Assembly: GCA_030704615.1 (NCBI GenBank)
Contig: CM060733.1
Location: forward strand, 23,684,001 to 23,748,000
Source of the DNA: Takakia lepidozioides
Lineage: Eukaryota > Plantae > Bryophyta
DNA length: 64,000 nt
Direction of reading: 5' to 3'
Both the position numbers and the translations under genes were made by a program. This document shows, one piece after another, positions 1-13,338 of the stretch. Positions within the stretch are counted from its first letter, which is position 1; each line of letters starts with the position of its first letter. Under the pieces are notes generated by a model. The model was not told the DNA's origin and searched no databases. It was given only the letters and a program-made list of their open reading frames with translations.

Positions 1-541
1 GAGTGTGTTATAGGGGTCTGTTGTCAGGTTGCGGAGTTCATGGTTGGTGGTTTCAGGGTCCCTCAAGATTGTGAGGAATGTGTCTTTTTCGGGTCTGCAG
101 CAGGCTTGCGTTAACGTAAGCCTGGTTCATGACAGCCGTCAAAAGCCAAAAGCCAAAAGCCAAAAAATAAAAAACGCCTTCCCGAAGGGTAGCCATTGCT
201 TTTGTTGAGGTGACAGGGAAAACAACTTCTTGGGTATCAAGGCTCATGTTCCTGACCCGGGATCAGGCATCAAACAAGTGTTTCTGTCTTCTTCTCCATC
301 GATGGCTCAAATCAAGGTCTGTCTTCAATATCCGGAGATCGATGTCATGGCTCTTCTAAAAGGAGACAGGGCATTTGTTCTGGAAATGCCCACTGGAGAT
401 AAAGTTCAAGGGAAAGTGGAGAAAAGCTTTGAGCTAGACAGTAATGGTGACTACCTTACACTATACATCAAGGGAGAGACTTTGGAAGGACAGCTTGCCA
501 CACAAATCACAGCGACAATCATCTACGATGCATATCAGGCT

Positions 542-682
542 TGTCGTGCGCATACATATCACTACACAACTACATCGCTGTCCAAAACCACACAACACAT
601 GTGCACATCAAACACTAGTCTATCACTAGTGCACCACTAGGCTGCCACTAGCGACCACTAGTGCAGCCACTAGTCCACTACT
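542..682 (+). repeat. Dispersed repeat fragment, probably a TG-initiated LTR end, with CCACTAG sub-repeats
   Basis: 544-607 (tcgtgcgcatacatatc...cacatgtgcac) is nearly the exact reverse complement of 28254-28316. It starts TGTCG and interrupts the coding-like ORF 230-541. Confidence 0.6.
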
Positions 683-717
683 GTGTTGGAATCTCGTGGT
701 CACACCTCTGCCAGGGT

Positions 718-2290
718 TAAGTAGGGCGTTCGCCCTCTTTCTTGTTATCCTTCTTCTTTCCACCCTTTTTTTTCGGGCTCGGATTCACAACCGGTTCCTT
801 TGCTCTCAAAAGCCGGAGATCTTTCAACTGTAGCTACCTATCCGTAAGAGGTGCAAGAGCCTCGGCATTGTCATTCAAGTTCCGAAGGACGTTCTCCGCC
901 CAGGGTGTGGATTGTTTGGGGCAATCCAGGTACCAGCCACAGTCTTTCAAATGGGACCTGCTCCAGTCCTCCAGAATTCCCGATGTGTACATAGTTGTGT
1001 CCGGATTTGTCTTTGCCCAACTGTCAATGAAGAATGGGTAGGCACTTAGAAACCCCCTTGGAAAAAGCACTCCGTGGATATATCTGTGGTGACAACCAGA
1101 AAAGAAATCAACATATGTACAAGACATACATGATAGCAGGTAACAAACCTTCGTTGCAACTATCTAAATACAGGCTATACCCATTCTTGCGTCCCATGAA
1201 CAACCCGCGTACATTCACTTGTCAATGCCGGATAATATCGATGAGGATTGGGATTGATTGAAGTAGCGGCGACAGTCTTGTGCACCGTAGTGGGGTAGAT
1301 GGCATCATGGGCCATGCACATGACAACTTTTTGTTTTTGCTAATGCGGCGGGATGTGTAGTACATGACTAATTGTTTGCTCGGGGCTAAGCACCAAAGGG
1401 TACCATGCATGCTTGCATTGTGGCGATGATCTTGATGCACATAGCTCCCGCCATCTTCACAAGATGATGTATCCCAACTACCGCAAATTTCTTCCTATAA
1501 CCAGACCAGGTGGTAATGTCTTGTTTTTGCCTAAAGACAGAGATTGGGTGGAGGACTGTTGTGCCCAACTGGATCTTCATGCGAACCGGGATTTTGTCAT
1601 TGCCAAGACATCCTTGCAAGCCATTTTGTGACCTTTTTCAAAACGAATTAGAATTTGGTATCCATCGGGAAAGACCAATGAGGAGGTCAATTTCGGTACC
1701 TTTGGGAATCTGAGTGAAGTGAAGAAATTGCCCTGGCTTGTCATCTGGCCTACGCGAAGGGTAGAGCGACTGAGGAATGTGCGGGAAAGCTTTGGGACTT
1801 GTTATAACAATCTCCCAACATTCTTCTTGTGGGACACCAAGCTGGAGTAACTGGTCGATTGACCGAGTGTCTTCAATAATAGGGGTGTCTAGCGCAATCG
1901 CCAAGCTCTCCATGGTCTGAAAGCCCATCCATAAGTAGTACATCGTGGGTTCCAATGGTGTACGTTGGGGGAGATGTTCACTGCGGCCTCTTTTGTTTGG
2001 CGCACTGGCCTGAGTAGATTGAGTGCTATCAGTATCGCTGGTGGCTCTCTTGGCAAGTAGAGTTTGTGTGACATCTGAGAAATGATTATCGCCAAGCTTC
2101 AGCTCCTCCAAGGTGTGTCGAAATGCAGAGGAGCGTGAAGGAGTTGGACTTTGCTCCAAAGGAACGTCGAGTTGCATTGTATTAAGTAGAGCTGCGTCAA
2201 ATGGGTCGAGTGGCGATAGTGTAGCAGCAAGACCTGTAAGCTGTATCGTTCGGGCACAAGTAGAGGCTGGAAGAGAGGTGGTCATTGTAC
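718..2290 (-). pseudogene. Decayed ~520-codon ORF of unknown, probably TE-derived, origin
   Basis: Protein-like segments in successive minus ORFs (1638-2822 from MTTSLPA, 1386-1619, 834-1127) separated by stops/frameshifts, ending in a basic KKKGGKKKDNKKE tail. No recognised domain. Confidence 0.35.
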
Positions 2291-5200
2291 TGAGTGTAGT
2301 TTGAAGAGAGGCTGCACTGTACTTGTACTTAGATGTTCGTGTAGTGTAATGTACAGTCTTACCGTTGCGGCAGGGTGTGGCGTAACGGCTAATTGTATTA
2401 GGTGCAGTAAATAGGATGAGGTGACTGGGTTTGCAAACTGCTGGGCCCAGGTCAAGATGATCGTGAGGTTTGTGGTGGCGAGTGATATGGAGGCTAGAGG
2501 TTGTGCTGAATTTATTGACCTGCTGGGACGTGTGCGCAAGGGATATGAAGTTCAATGTTGGTGGTTGTGGGTACAGCTGATGGGGTGAGGTTGTATTCGT
2601 GATATTATTAGTGACTTGATTGAAGGTGTTAATGTCACAGTTAGTATCTATTCTTGGATAACTGCTGGCATAAGAGTGACTTGGTGGTGTCCATGTGTCC
2701 TCTGTGTTGGTTGTCTCAAAGAGGTAATGCATACAGGAGTTGGAGCAAATTCCTTTTAGCGGTAGGCAATGCCAGGATAAGTAGGAGTCGCTGGTAGCAA
2801 CCCGTCTGTAGGATGATTTCAATGCCCGCTCGTCCTGCCTTGACGGGGGATATCAGGAAACTCCAGGGAGATTTTGAATCTATGAGGTGGTTGAGTTCTA
2901 GTAGGTGCAGATTATAGGTAATTCTTTGAATGACTTTGAGCAAAGAGGCAGGGATCTTGGATCTGGGTCTGTGCACCTGTATATATATATATTTTCCCCT
3001 AATCAAATTTGTTGTAGAAGTTATTAACATGAAGGGGTAGCTCTGTGAGGTAATCAGGTTGCGTGGTATAGAGGAACAAGCTTTGATTTTGGTGATTACC
3101 GTAGAGTATATTTCACTGTGAGGTACGTATTCGTAGTTTGAATAATTGGGCTGGGCATTGTATCTGGTAATATTGTATAGTGGGCATGGTGTGTAGTAGG
3201 AAAGCAGTAGAAGGGGTAATGGATTCCCTGGTTATTTTGCAGTTTTGAGAGTGAATGGTTTGCTTTTAGGGTCCGAGCCATCACAAGTATAAGGACCAAC
3301 ATTGTGTTAATATGAAAGTCAATGTTAGAAGCTTAGAAGGTGAGTGGCCACACCTATGATGGGTTGGTATTATTAGGTTAGAGTAGATCCCATGTAGAGA
3401 AACAGTTCCACTCTTAGTATGTTATCCATGCACTTTATCTCCAAGAAATTTGTTGTGGGGATTATGCCTAGATGAGTTGTTTGTAGCTTGCAAAGTAACA
3501 TTGGCGGATTTGAGTTATGTTCACGTAGAGAGATAGTTCAAGTAGAGATGAGCCTGCAAAATTTTTCCATTAATTGATGGCAGTTGCCTTGGTGGCTTCG
3601 ATGTGTGAGGGGAGCGTGCAGCGGGGGAAGTTTCGAAAGGGTACTTTTAATTTGTCGAGTGGGTCTACTCAACGGATTGGCTAAGGTGTGGGTGTGTCTA
3701 AATAGAGGCTGCTGTTTGGGATGTAGAGAAAGTATGTTGTTCAGTACGTGTACTTGATTGCAAAAAGCAAGGATACAGAGCCTTTGATAGCATGGGGATT
3801 CAGTTCAATTGTGTGGTGTGCACAATGTGGGAGATTGGTGTTATCATATGGATGCAAAGGTATTTAAAAGGGTTGTCTGCTGACAATTGCGGTTTCTTGA
3901 CGTAGATGTAATCATGAGATGGTGTAGTACTAAAGTTATGAAGAGGGGAGGCTATTATTAGTTTGGAGCAACATTGATATTTGTAAGGGGGGCAGGGGAT
4001 TGTTGGTATGTAAGGCAGGGCGTGGGTTAACATCTCTAACAGGGGTAATTGTCTGGGAAGGGTCAGCAGGAGAATTTCGTGTTTGTGGATATGTGGTTTT
4101 TGATGAGTTGTATATTTAGGTTTTGCATAGCACTTAGTTCTGCTTGTAGCCTTTGTTGATGTATTGTTATTGCTTTGAAATTTGCTGTTACATGTTTGTA
4201 GTTGTTTGTTGCAGCCAGAATCGCAAGTGGATGTGGTTATTTGTTCATGGATGTGTTGTGTGGTCAATTTTGATGGAATGCAGGGTGACATGTATGATGG
4301 CATCTTAATCAATCTGAAAATGCATGTCTTCTCTTGTCCTTATGGGCTAAGTTGTAGCAGGGGTGCAAGTTAGGGGTATGTTGTGGTAGTTGTAAGTGTC
4401 ATGTAGATATACTTTTGCCCAGGCATGTATATTTGGGAAGCTCGTCTTTTTGGATGGAATTTATTTTGTTAGCTGTGGTATTTTCACAAGCAGGTTGGGG
4501 CTGGACAATATAGGCTGGAGTATAGGCGCAGTGCAATTGTGGGTCTTTCATGCTGTTTACAGGTATAACTCAGTGGGCATATAAGATGGTGGCAGGGGGT
4601 GACTCCATGTTGGGTAGTATTTAAATTTCTTGGGGTTATCTGCACACAGTAGTGTGGAGCATATTTCCAATTATGGTGCTTAGTATATGTACTAAGAGGG
4701 GATGTCAACAAGAGTTTGTGGTGGAGATGAGCGTGTTGGCAGAGGGGTTGACTTGGTACTGTATGTAGCATAGTAGTGGCAAGGGCAGAGGAGGTTAGCA
4801 GATCTAGCTGCAGTAGTGTAGTTGGGTAGCAGTAGAGTGGTGTCCACTCACGAATTTGGTATGGGGGAGTAGCTGATAAATTGGTACAGTGCCCGATAAC
4901 AGTGAATTTGTAATGGTAGGCCGGTGAAATGGAAGGCAACATGTGGGCCAGGAGGTGTTGTGTGAAAAGGGTGAGCAATGTAGCAGTGCTAGGGCATTCA
5001 GCCTGGCAGGATGGTGGGGACATGGATGCATCAAAGCCCAGAGCTGAACTGTAGTGGTGTTGGTGTAGTGTAACGTGCTTGGTCTCCAGATTACAGGGGC
5101 ACCCACTTATGAATATATATATAGTGGTGTGTGTGATACAGGTGTATGAGGTACTAAATGCAGCAGTTGGGACCATTTCGAATTGCTGGTAGGTACTTTG

Positions 5201-7787
5201 CAGGGACCTTATAAGTGGTGGGCTGTGGAGATGGTGATAGTAGAAAGAAGTGGTCATGCATTCATGGTGCCAGACAGAGTTACTAGAAGCAATAAGTTTG
5301 TAGTATTGGGTGCTACAGGGCATTTGTAAGTGGTAGTTAAAAGATTATACCGAGGAGAGAGAAATGGTCGGGTATTTGAAAGATTTTGGATTAGCAGATA
5401 GGTGGCAGATTGAGGAAATATGTGGATCTCGTGGCTGCACTTCTGAGAATGGGGTTGGATCGTGTATGGATAAGGGTACTGTGTCAGTAGAGTGTTGGTA
5501 TTCCATAGTACAATGTCAGGTGGATTGATCAGCTCAGTCTTTGTATATTCAGTTCGAGGCGCAAACAATGGTGTATATTGTCGTTTATAGTAGTAACATG
5601 GGTAGAGGGACTTGTAATTTATGCAACATTGGCAGAGCTGTGAAGTGAGTTTGTGTAGCATAGAGTAGCTAGAATTTGCGGGGGTTAAACCGCTTCGCCG
5701 TGCTTTGATAAAATACTTCTCATAGTAGTTTGATTTGATATGTGATGGTTGAGTGAGTGAGAGGTGATTTAGCGGGAGGCGAGGTAAAGTATAGCTATGC
5801 AGGTTTGGAGTATTTGTTTTAGTTGGGACAGAGTATGTAACTGTTGAATGCATAGCGGGTTGGGATGGGATGTCAAGTCGTATGCTGTGACGCCGTGTGT
5901 TGGGGCAATTAATAGGAGAAACATGAGGTGGAATATCAAAGACATATTTATAGGGTAGCGAAAGCTGCGATGTTTGAGATAGGCACCATACAAAGGATAG
6001 ACAAAGAGAAAGATAAATGCATACACAGTACTATATACAGATCTGACTATAGTTTTACACATGATAATTGAGCAGATTGTCCAGAGTTGGATGTGCTGGA
6101 AGTATGATTGACAGAGTTGTTGCTTGTAAGAGAGGAGTGTGAAGCATGATTCTTGAAAGCTTGTGTTAGTACACAGTACTTGCAAGGCGTGCCTAACATA
6201 AAATTTGTTAGTAGCAGTAGCAGTAAATTGAGTAGCAGTTTGACAATCTTGATTCAGAGCACGATTTGCGACCAAGATGTTATGATAGGTAAAAGTATGA
6301 GTCACATGCAGTAGATGAGTGGGGGGGGGGGCCACCACCTCAGGGGCGTGGGGATCACTATCCCATGTACGTAAGGGGGGACTGCTCCAGGGCAGCCGGA
6401 CATCCACCACACCGGCGGTGACATTCACGAGCCTCCTCAGGCTGGGCCCGCTTCCATGTACCGTCTGAAAATGTTTGCACAGCATCGTAGGTAGATCGCT
6501 CTGCAGGCTAACAGGGCGAGCTGCAAAATTTTGTACATTCAGTCTTGCTGCTATGGGGAGAGAGCGCCCACATACATAAGGCAACATAGAGCGATAGAGT
6601 AACAAAATCGCATAGCAAAAGAGAACAAGGAGTGTATGCTGCATCAAATTCCTTTGCCTCTGTCGACCATAGCGGGTCTTCATAGGATCTTTCTTGCAGG
6701 GGGCCCTTCGAGTGGATGTGCGGTTTTTCACTTAGCAGCAGACATCGTCCGAGTAGGAAGGGGGGGAGGGGGAAGCTGTTTGATAGTCCAGTAGGTCGAG
6801 AAGAAGCTGATTATGATTGTCGGCTGTTTGCTTGGAGTGCTTGTAGCGTGAGAGTCCAGTGGTCAATTTGAGTTGCGCGCGTGTCTTTAACCAGATAGAG
6901 TGACACTACATACGATGACAGTGTTTCCATGCCGTGTCGTCTCGAAGGAGTCGAACGCGCAGCAAGAGAGAGACTAAACCTGAAGAGTATAAGATAGTTG
7001 CATTTGTTGCCATAGCTGGGAGGTAGCGGTAGATAGGCCGAGCTGCTAAAAGGGAGTTCATGAGATGAAGCAAAGGGGCATGTTTCCAGAAAACCCTAGC
7101 TTTAAGCTGGTAGCTGTGATATTGGCGGAGGCAAATGCGGGAGGGAAGGCGGCACTCCGTCCTCTCCATCCCGTCCTTTCGGTCTTTCGTTAGAAGCAAC
7201 TAGTCAGTTGCTTCTTACCGGACCGTTATATTAGTAGAAGTATCTACAAACTGGAAAGTCAACTAGATATAGAAAGTCAGCTAGAACTAGAACTATCTAG
7301 AAAGCCCACGCAAGAAAGTCAATCCTTAATTTTTGGACCTTTTATTTCATTAAATAATACAAGTGGCCTTAATCCTCTTTTAACTCCTGGGCCACAATAA
7401 CTCATGGGGAGCTGCGAGACGACTCCCAACGGTCGTCTCGACCTTTCCGAAGCTTGTTTCTAACCCTGCTCAACCCCGTAGCCACTGCAGATCACTCTAG
7501 GCATCCCCACCCCATGCGCAGATCTCCTTTGATATACTTTTTAAGTTTTTCCTTAGTTTTTTCAAGATTAGTTCCTTCAGTTGTTCATCCTTTCAACCCT
7601 CGTCCTTTCATTGCTCGCATAGTTACACGCATCATCCCTAATCGGACAGCGCCGTCTCTAACTTAAGGAGATCACCTTCTCAAAGACCTTTCCCGCTTTT
7701 CTCCCATATTCTTCGCGTTAGTTCTTCGGAACCCACTTCATCAGTTTCTTCCAGTGTTGCAGTGTTCTTCCTTATTTGATTAGTGCA

Positions 7788-10543
7788 ATGGCTCCTGGGA
7801 ACAACCAATTTTGCAGCAGACAATCAATGGAGGCTCGTCGGGGGTTTCCAGAATGGACAGAGAAGACCCAACATCTCATCTGGGACAGGCTTCTACCTCG
7901 CACATCAAGAGCGTTCCAGGACTGCTACGACCAACGGGTCTGTAAGGAAACCCCCCCCCTTCCTTTCCACTTCAGTCCTCTCTCTCCCCCCCAACCCTTC
8001 CTTAAATTTCCCAGGCTGGATTCACCTCCAACAGTTCCAAACTGCTCAAACCCACCCATTTTGGAAACTCCACCTATACAATGGGTGGAAGAAAACATTC
8101 TCAATCAAGCCGACTTGGACAGGGACTATCCAATGATTAATATGAACATCCCAAATTTACAAAAAAGGGTTACAACCATGGAGGAGTCTGGTATCCTCAT
8201 TCACTTTCCAGGGACAAAAATGGATAGAGCTACTGTTAGAGACTGGGCCATTAAACATCTTGGCGGCCCTGGAGAACTGCGTCAACAGTTTTGCCATGAG
8301 AAGGGTCGAGGTTTCTTTTCAATCCTGTTTGAAACCCAAGAAGCAGCAAACCACGCCTTGCTTTTCAACCCCCACACAAAGGGATACACTGTCAACATAT
8401 TCCCTTGGTCATCCAAGATGTGAAACAAGAATGGTAAACTTTGGGGCCCACGCATTGTCTCTGTTCCTTACATCCCAGATCAATATCTGGTTAACTTGGC
8501 GGACATTGCGAATCATTTTGGATCATACCTTGGATGTTTGGCGGTATTTGATCCCCAAATGTGTACACAGAACTTAAGGTAGGACCCAGCTTGGAGATCA
8601 GTGACTATTGCATCACGCCTTCATGAGACTGGATGTGCCAAATTCGTGTTGATGATGCCAGATGAGGATGTTCTGCCGCAATTCGTGAAAATGCCAATAG
8701 ATGAAGAAGACAACTATTTCATGATTCAGCTCATAGAAGACACTACCTATGCAGCTTGCTTCAACTGTGGTCAGATTGGTCACTTTAAAATCGACTGCCC
8801 CATAGCCAAACGCAAGCGACATCAGCCCGTTGTCCCCTTCAACCTTCAGCAGCAACAACAAGGGGTACCCTCAACAGCGGAGGCGAATCAAAGGCAAAAA
8901 ATGAACAACCCCACCGTGGGCTCCATGCTTCCACCAAACGCTCATGCTGCCCAGGCCCTTCAAAGGGTTCCCAACGATCCTCTGCAACTCAGATCTTGTC
9001 CACAACATAATACTACCAAAGGAAATAGCAGCAAGGATCCAATGCAGGCAAAATTACTGGCTCATCATCATACGGGGGGTTCTATTTCCAAAGGGAAGGC
9101 AAAGCAGATTGAACATCAACAACTGGTGGCTACCGAAAAAAAGAAGACAAAAGTACAGGATGGACAACAGCTGAGATAAGTCAGACTGACACTTCCAACC
9201 AGCAACACTTTTCCAAAAATTACCACCAGCATCGCATGCAACTCCACCTTTGCCAATGCCAGCCTCCAAACCTGCTCATTCCCTCACCTGGATCTAAAGG
9301 GTTGCTCAACATTGGAGATGGTTGAAACACCAAAGGCTTCCTGTGTCACTCCTCTCATATTCCGGAAAAGTATTCCCCCAGCTATTCTAATCACATCAGA
9401 TGATTTCGAATGTGTGGAATCACTTTGGATTACTACTGCAGACATCAAACACTTCATGCAATCAAACCCTCCCAATAGCAACCCTCAGATTTTGTTCAAA
9501 TACAAAATTCAGGAGTTCTTCCACAAATCGCAGCCCCACTATTCGCTTTCACCATTTACAAAAATCTCGCGGGGAGCATATCTGGAGGAACACCCAGGGC
9601 TAAGTGTCAAACCCTCAACCCATATTCTTGCCCTTGTAGAGGATGCAGAAATCTACTCTGCACCACCGCCAACAGAGGCAATTTGGACTTACCAGGAATG
9701 GCTATCTGCTCCGGGAGGAAGCCACAGATTGTAGATCCGTAATCAGGACACATTAGTCAGTGGGTTCCAGCTGCTTCAAGCTCACTTGGATTCCGAGGTT
9801 GACCATGACAATTACAGAATGGAAATTCAAAGAACCAGGGAGCACATCAACAAGAACAAGCTATTCGGATCTCCAAACGTATCCTCGGACTCTCAGGAAT
9901 CAACAAACACCTCAACTCAGGAGGAAAGCAGCAACTTCAACCCTGCAGCCGAAAGTCTGCAAATATCGCCTCCAACAATACCGGTCTCCACTCAACTCAT
10001 CGCCCAGGCCAGCTCGCAAATCACCTCTCCACCTAGGGTTTTGACACCTACCCTCCCCTATTCAAGTGCCCATCTCACCCTCACCCTGTTTCATTTACCA
10101 GCTTCAATCAGGAAATACTAACAGATGCTGGATGTTATGTAGTAAAAGTAAACATCTCAGCCAAAATAAAGATAGGAGACACATCCTACCAGCATGCAAT
10201 TTGCCTGACAGCATTCCCTCTGGAAATCTGCCTTCGGATGGTTCTCTTCTCCAAAGATATCCAGAGCTCCAGCACCTGTTTTCAGCTGCTTTTTTCCCAG
10301 GCTGTCACTATATCCACTGTTTCAAAAGAGCAGTTTCAACCAATACCAGATAACCAATATCCATACAGAACTAGGGGTGTATTCATAACCATCCTCAACA
10401 AAACCCGAAAACCCCCGAACAACTTCATCTGGGTCAACTCAGTGCGACCAAAAGATCGTAGGGTAAAATTCGTTTATTATACCAAAGGGCTATCAAACCT
10501 GGTTTCCAGTCCAGGCCCTCCATTCCCTCTCAATGACCTTTAA
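7788..10543 (+). pseudogene. LINE ORF1 (nucleic-acid chaperone), fragmented by stops/frameshifts
   Basis: KGRGFFSILFET...VNIFPWS (DUF4283-like) and a CX2CX4HX4C knuckle at ~8756-8797. The last fragment (10238-10543) overlaps the ORF2 ATG by 11 nt. Confidence 0.65.
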
Positions 10544-11490
10544 CCTTCACTCCTGGAACATTAGGGGCCTTGGATCAGATCCTTCCTCTCTCAAAAGGCT
10601 GAGAATCAAAACTTGGATGGCTCCCTTCCTCTCTGGTGACTCTATAATATTTCTACAGGAACACAAGCTAGACCAGACCAAAATCGACAACCTTTCAGAC
10701 TATCTATGGCCTATAACAAACTCTCTTTGGAAACCAACCTCTTCAGGCACCAAAGGAGGGACGGCGATATTATTATCTCCTTCTTTACAACCCTTTCTCG
10801 CAGCAGAAGATATATGGATAACTGGCAGACTGCAGCTCTGCGCAATAACCCTACCCAACGCAGCTGGCTCGATTGGGTTAGTGAACATTTACGCTCCAAA
10901 CTCATCTGCAGAAAGGTCAGAATTCTGGAGACTTTTCAATGCAAGAATGAAAGATCAACTAAACATAGATAGCTGGATTGTAGCAGGTGATCTTAATATG
11001 GTTGAGGTCCAGGAGGATAGGCGAGGGGCTGGAACCTTCACCCCAAATTCAGAAGAGATGGACCAATGGTTCAACTGTGCTCAAACACATAGTCTCAAGG
11101 AGGCAACGCCTATTTTTGGTCAAGCTTCCAAATATCACCTTTACATGGTCCAACAATAGAACCCTCACCGACCTTAGCATGGCTCGTCTTGACAGAGCTT
11201 ACCTTTCCCTCAATTTTGTTCAATTCTCTAAAAGAGCCCCCGCAGGAACCCATTCCCTTGGGATTTGACCACGCTCCAATCACCCTTTCTATCTCAATCC
11301 CTCATTCATGCCAACGAGGTAGAGGCCTCTACAAGCTAAACAATCTCCTCCTCAAATTACCCTCCTTCAAACAGGGTCTTTTGCAGGCTTGGTCTCAGGC
11401 TGGCAACCCTGACCTAAATCCAACTGAGCTTTTCCTGGCCAAGCTAAAAGCGGTCAATACAGAAAGCCAAAAAATGAGCCGGGAATTGGC
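10533..11490 (+). pseudogene. LINE ORF2 apurinic-like endonuclease domain, frameshifted
   Basis: APE motifs SWNIRGL, FLQEHKL, GGTAILL, NIYAPN, AGDLN, TWSN...ARLDRAY, DHAPI, YKLNN spread over three frames. Confidence 0.9.
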
Positions 11491-12524
11491 TGTCAAGTTA
11501 TTTTACCACTAGTGTGAAACTAGCTAGGAAATAGCTAGCTTTTACATATTGACATTTGGGATTGGCCCAAGCGTCAATCCAGGGGTCAAGACAGATTTAG
11601 GCCCTGGAGTGGTTATCTTCACGGCAAGCGCGGGAGGCTCATCTTTCTCGAGTTGAGCCTCACCGCGCCTAGCTATGGCGCCGTAGTGTGGATTCCCCAT
11701 GGCGTGGGGTGCACTTGGCTTGACTTGTATTTGAGTGATGAAGTTATATATGCATGAGTTTATGCTTCAGATTTGTGAGCTCGTGCTTGTATTCTTCTTC
11801 TTTATCACTCGAGAAAGATGAGCTCGTATCTGTGAGTGCCAGATACGAGTTAGTTGTAGCACTTGTGGTTTTTGCTTGAGAATGAGAGAAACCAAGTTGT
11901 TATGCAAGAGCACCGTGGAGCTCTTGGTTGTTAGAAGCGGAGGCGATGTGGGTACGAGGTGGTAGACCTTGGCATTCGATCTTCAGCTTCAGAGATGAAA
12001 GCACCATGCTGCAGGTAATTCCAGAGCACCTTGATGGTTTCAAATTGTGTACATGCATGAGCAAGCACGATTGGGCAGATGACCAGTCAAGAGCAGGTTA
12101 TAGTGGCTTTGGTGGCAAAGCTGAGAACTGGACTTGGGAATGCGAGCTTTCATTGTGTGAAGGATTGCAAGACCAAGCGAAAGGGCTGATTTGGCTTGGG
12201 GCAAATCAGTGCACTTTGTGGAATATGGTGAGATTGGGTTTCAATCTCGAGCTTCAGCATTGAGAGGGCTCTTGTCATGGCAAGAGCAGGGCTGGAACAG
12301 GAGCTAAGAGGTGCGGCAAGGCCATGGAATGTGCACCTAGGGTTTCAGAGCTTGGAAGAAGAGCTCTTGCACCACAAGAGAAGTGTCTTGTGGCTGGAAA
12401 TGTAAGCCTTAGGGTTTCAGGAGCTGGCAAAGGTTGTGGAGTGCTTAGTCTTGTCTTAGAGAGCATCAAGGAGCCAAGGAGCCAAGATAGGGGGCTGATA
12501 TCTCTTGTGTGAAGAGGTTGCATG

Positions 12525-12965
12525 TGTTGAGCATGTATTCAGCTCATTGAAGCTTCCATCTTCAAGCTTGGAGGACAAGCAAGGAAGAGGGAAGGGCTGA
12601 CTTCCCTTATGTGAGGGCAATGCGTGTGTGGAGCATGCTATCAGCCTGGTGAAGGCTTGTACTTTCAGGTGTGGGAGTGCAAGAAAGGAAGGAAGGGGCT
12701 GGTTTCCCTGTAGGGCATGTGGAGCATGCTTTCAGCCTGTTGAAGCTTGTATTTTCAGGTTTGTGGGTGCAAGAAATGAAGCAAAGGAGCTGATTCTCTT
12801 ATGGTGAGAGTGGGGCATGTGTGGAGCATGCCTTCAGCCCATTGAGGCTCTTGTTTTCAAGCTTTAGAGAGCTAGAACGGAAGGTCTAGGGCTGGTTTCC
12901 ACTTGGAGTGAAAGAAAAGCACTTGTAGGGCCTATGTGAGTTGGGGTTTCAACTTCAAGCTTGAA
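12525..12965 (+). repeat. Degenerate ~90-100 bp tandem repeat inside the LTR/leader
   Basis: Recurring gagcatgc..tcagcc..tgaagcttgt..tttcagg..gcaagaaa..gggctg units starting near 12529, 12631, 12721 and 12823. Confidence 0.6.
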
Positions 12966-13338
12966 GGGAGCGCAACTCTTGAAGCAGCAGGTGTAGGGGG
13001 CTGGAATAGGCTCTAAGACAGATGCTATGGCCAAGGAAAGTGCTTGAATGAGTGCTCACAAGGGCTGGGAACCAGCAGGGCTTGGTTGTTTGCCATTGAG
13101 TTTAGTGGCGTGTTTGGGAGGCTAAGTGAGAAAGAAGGCTTGGTTTGTGGCAACCACCTCATGGCTTAGGGCTACTATGGTGGTGTGTGGGAGCCGAAAG
13201 AGCAAGAATACCTTGCTGATTTCCTCACAGCCGCCATAGCTCGGTGGAAAGAAGCCTAGAGTCCAAGAGACACAAACCCTAGCTTGGCGTGGCTAAACCC
13301 CTTGGAGAAATGGCTAAACTGCCAGAGCGGCCATGGAT

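Larger units (their letters stand above)
7450..11490 (+). mobile_element. L1-clade LINE retrotransposon, degenerate, 3'-truncated at the Gypsy junction
   Basis: ORF1 with DUF4283-like region and CCHC knuckle (CFNCGQIGHFKIDC), followed by ORF2 with an APE endonuclease. No RT remains. The 5' boundary is approximate. Confidence 0.85.

Noticed and set aside
230-541. Coding-like ORF fragment at the window start
   Set aside because: Interrupted by a repeat, no recognisable domain; too little to call.
3096-6731. Long minus-strand ORFs (170-320 aa)
   Set aside because: T/H/P/Y-rich products explained by strand compositional skew; no motifs.
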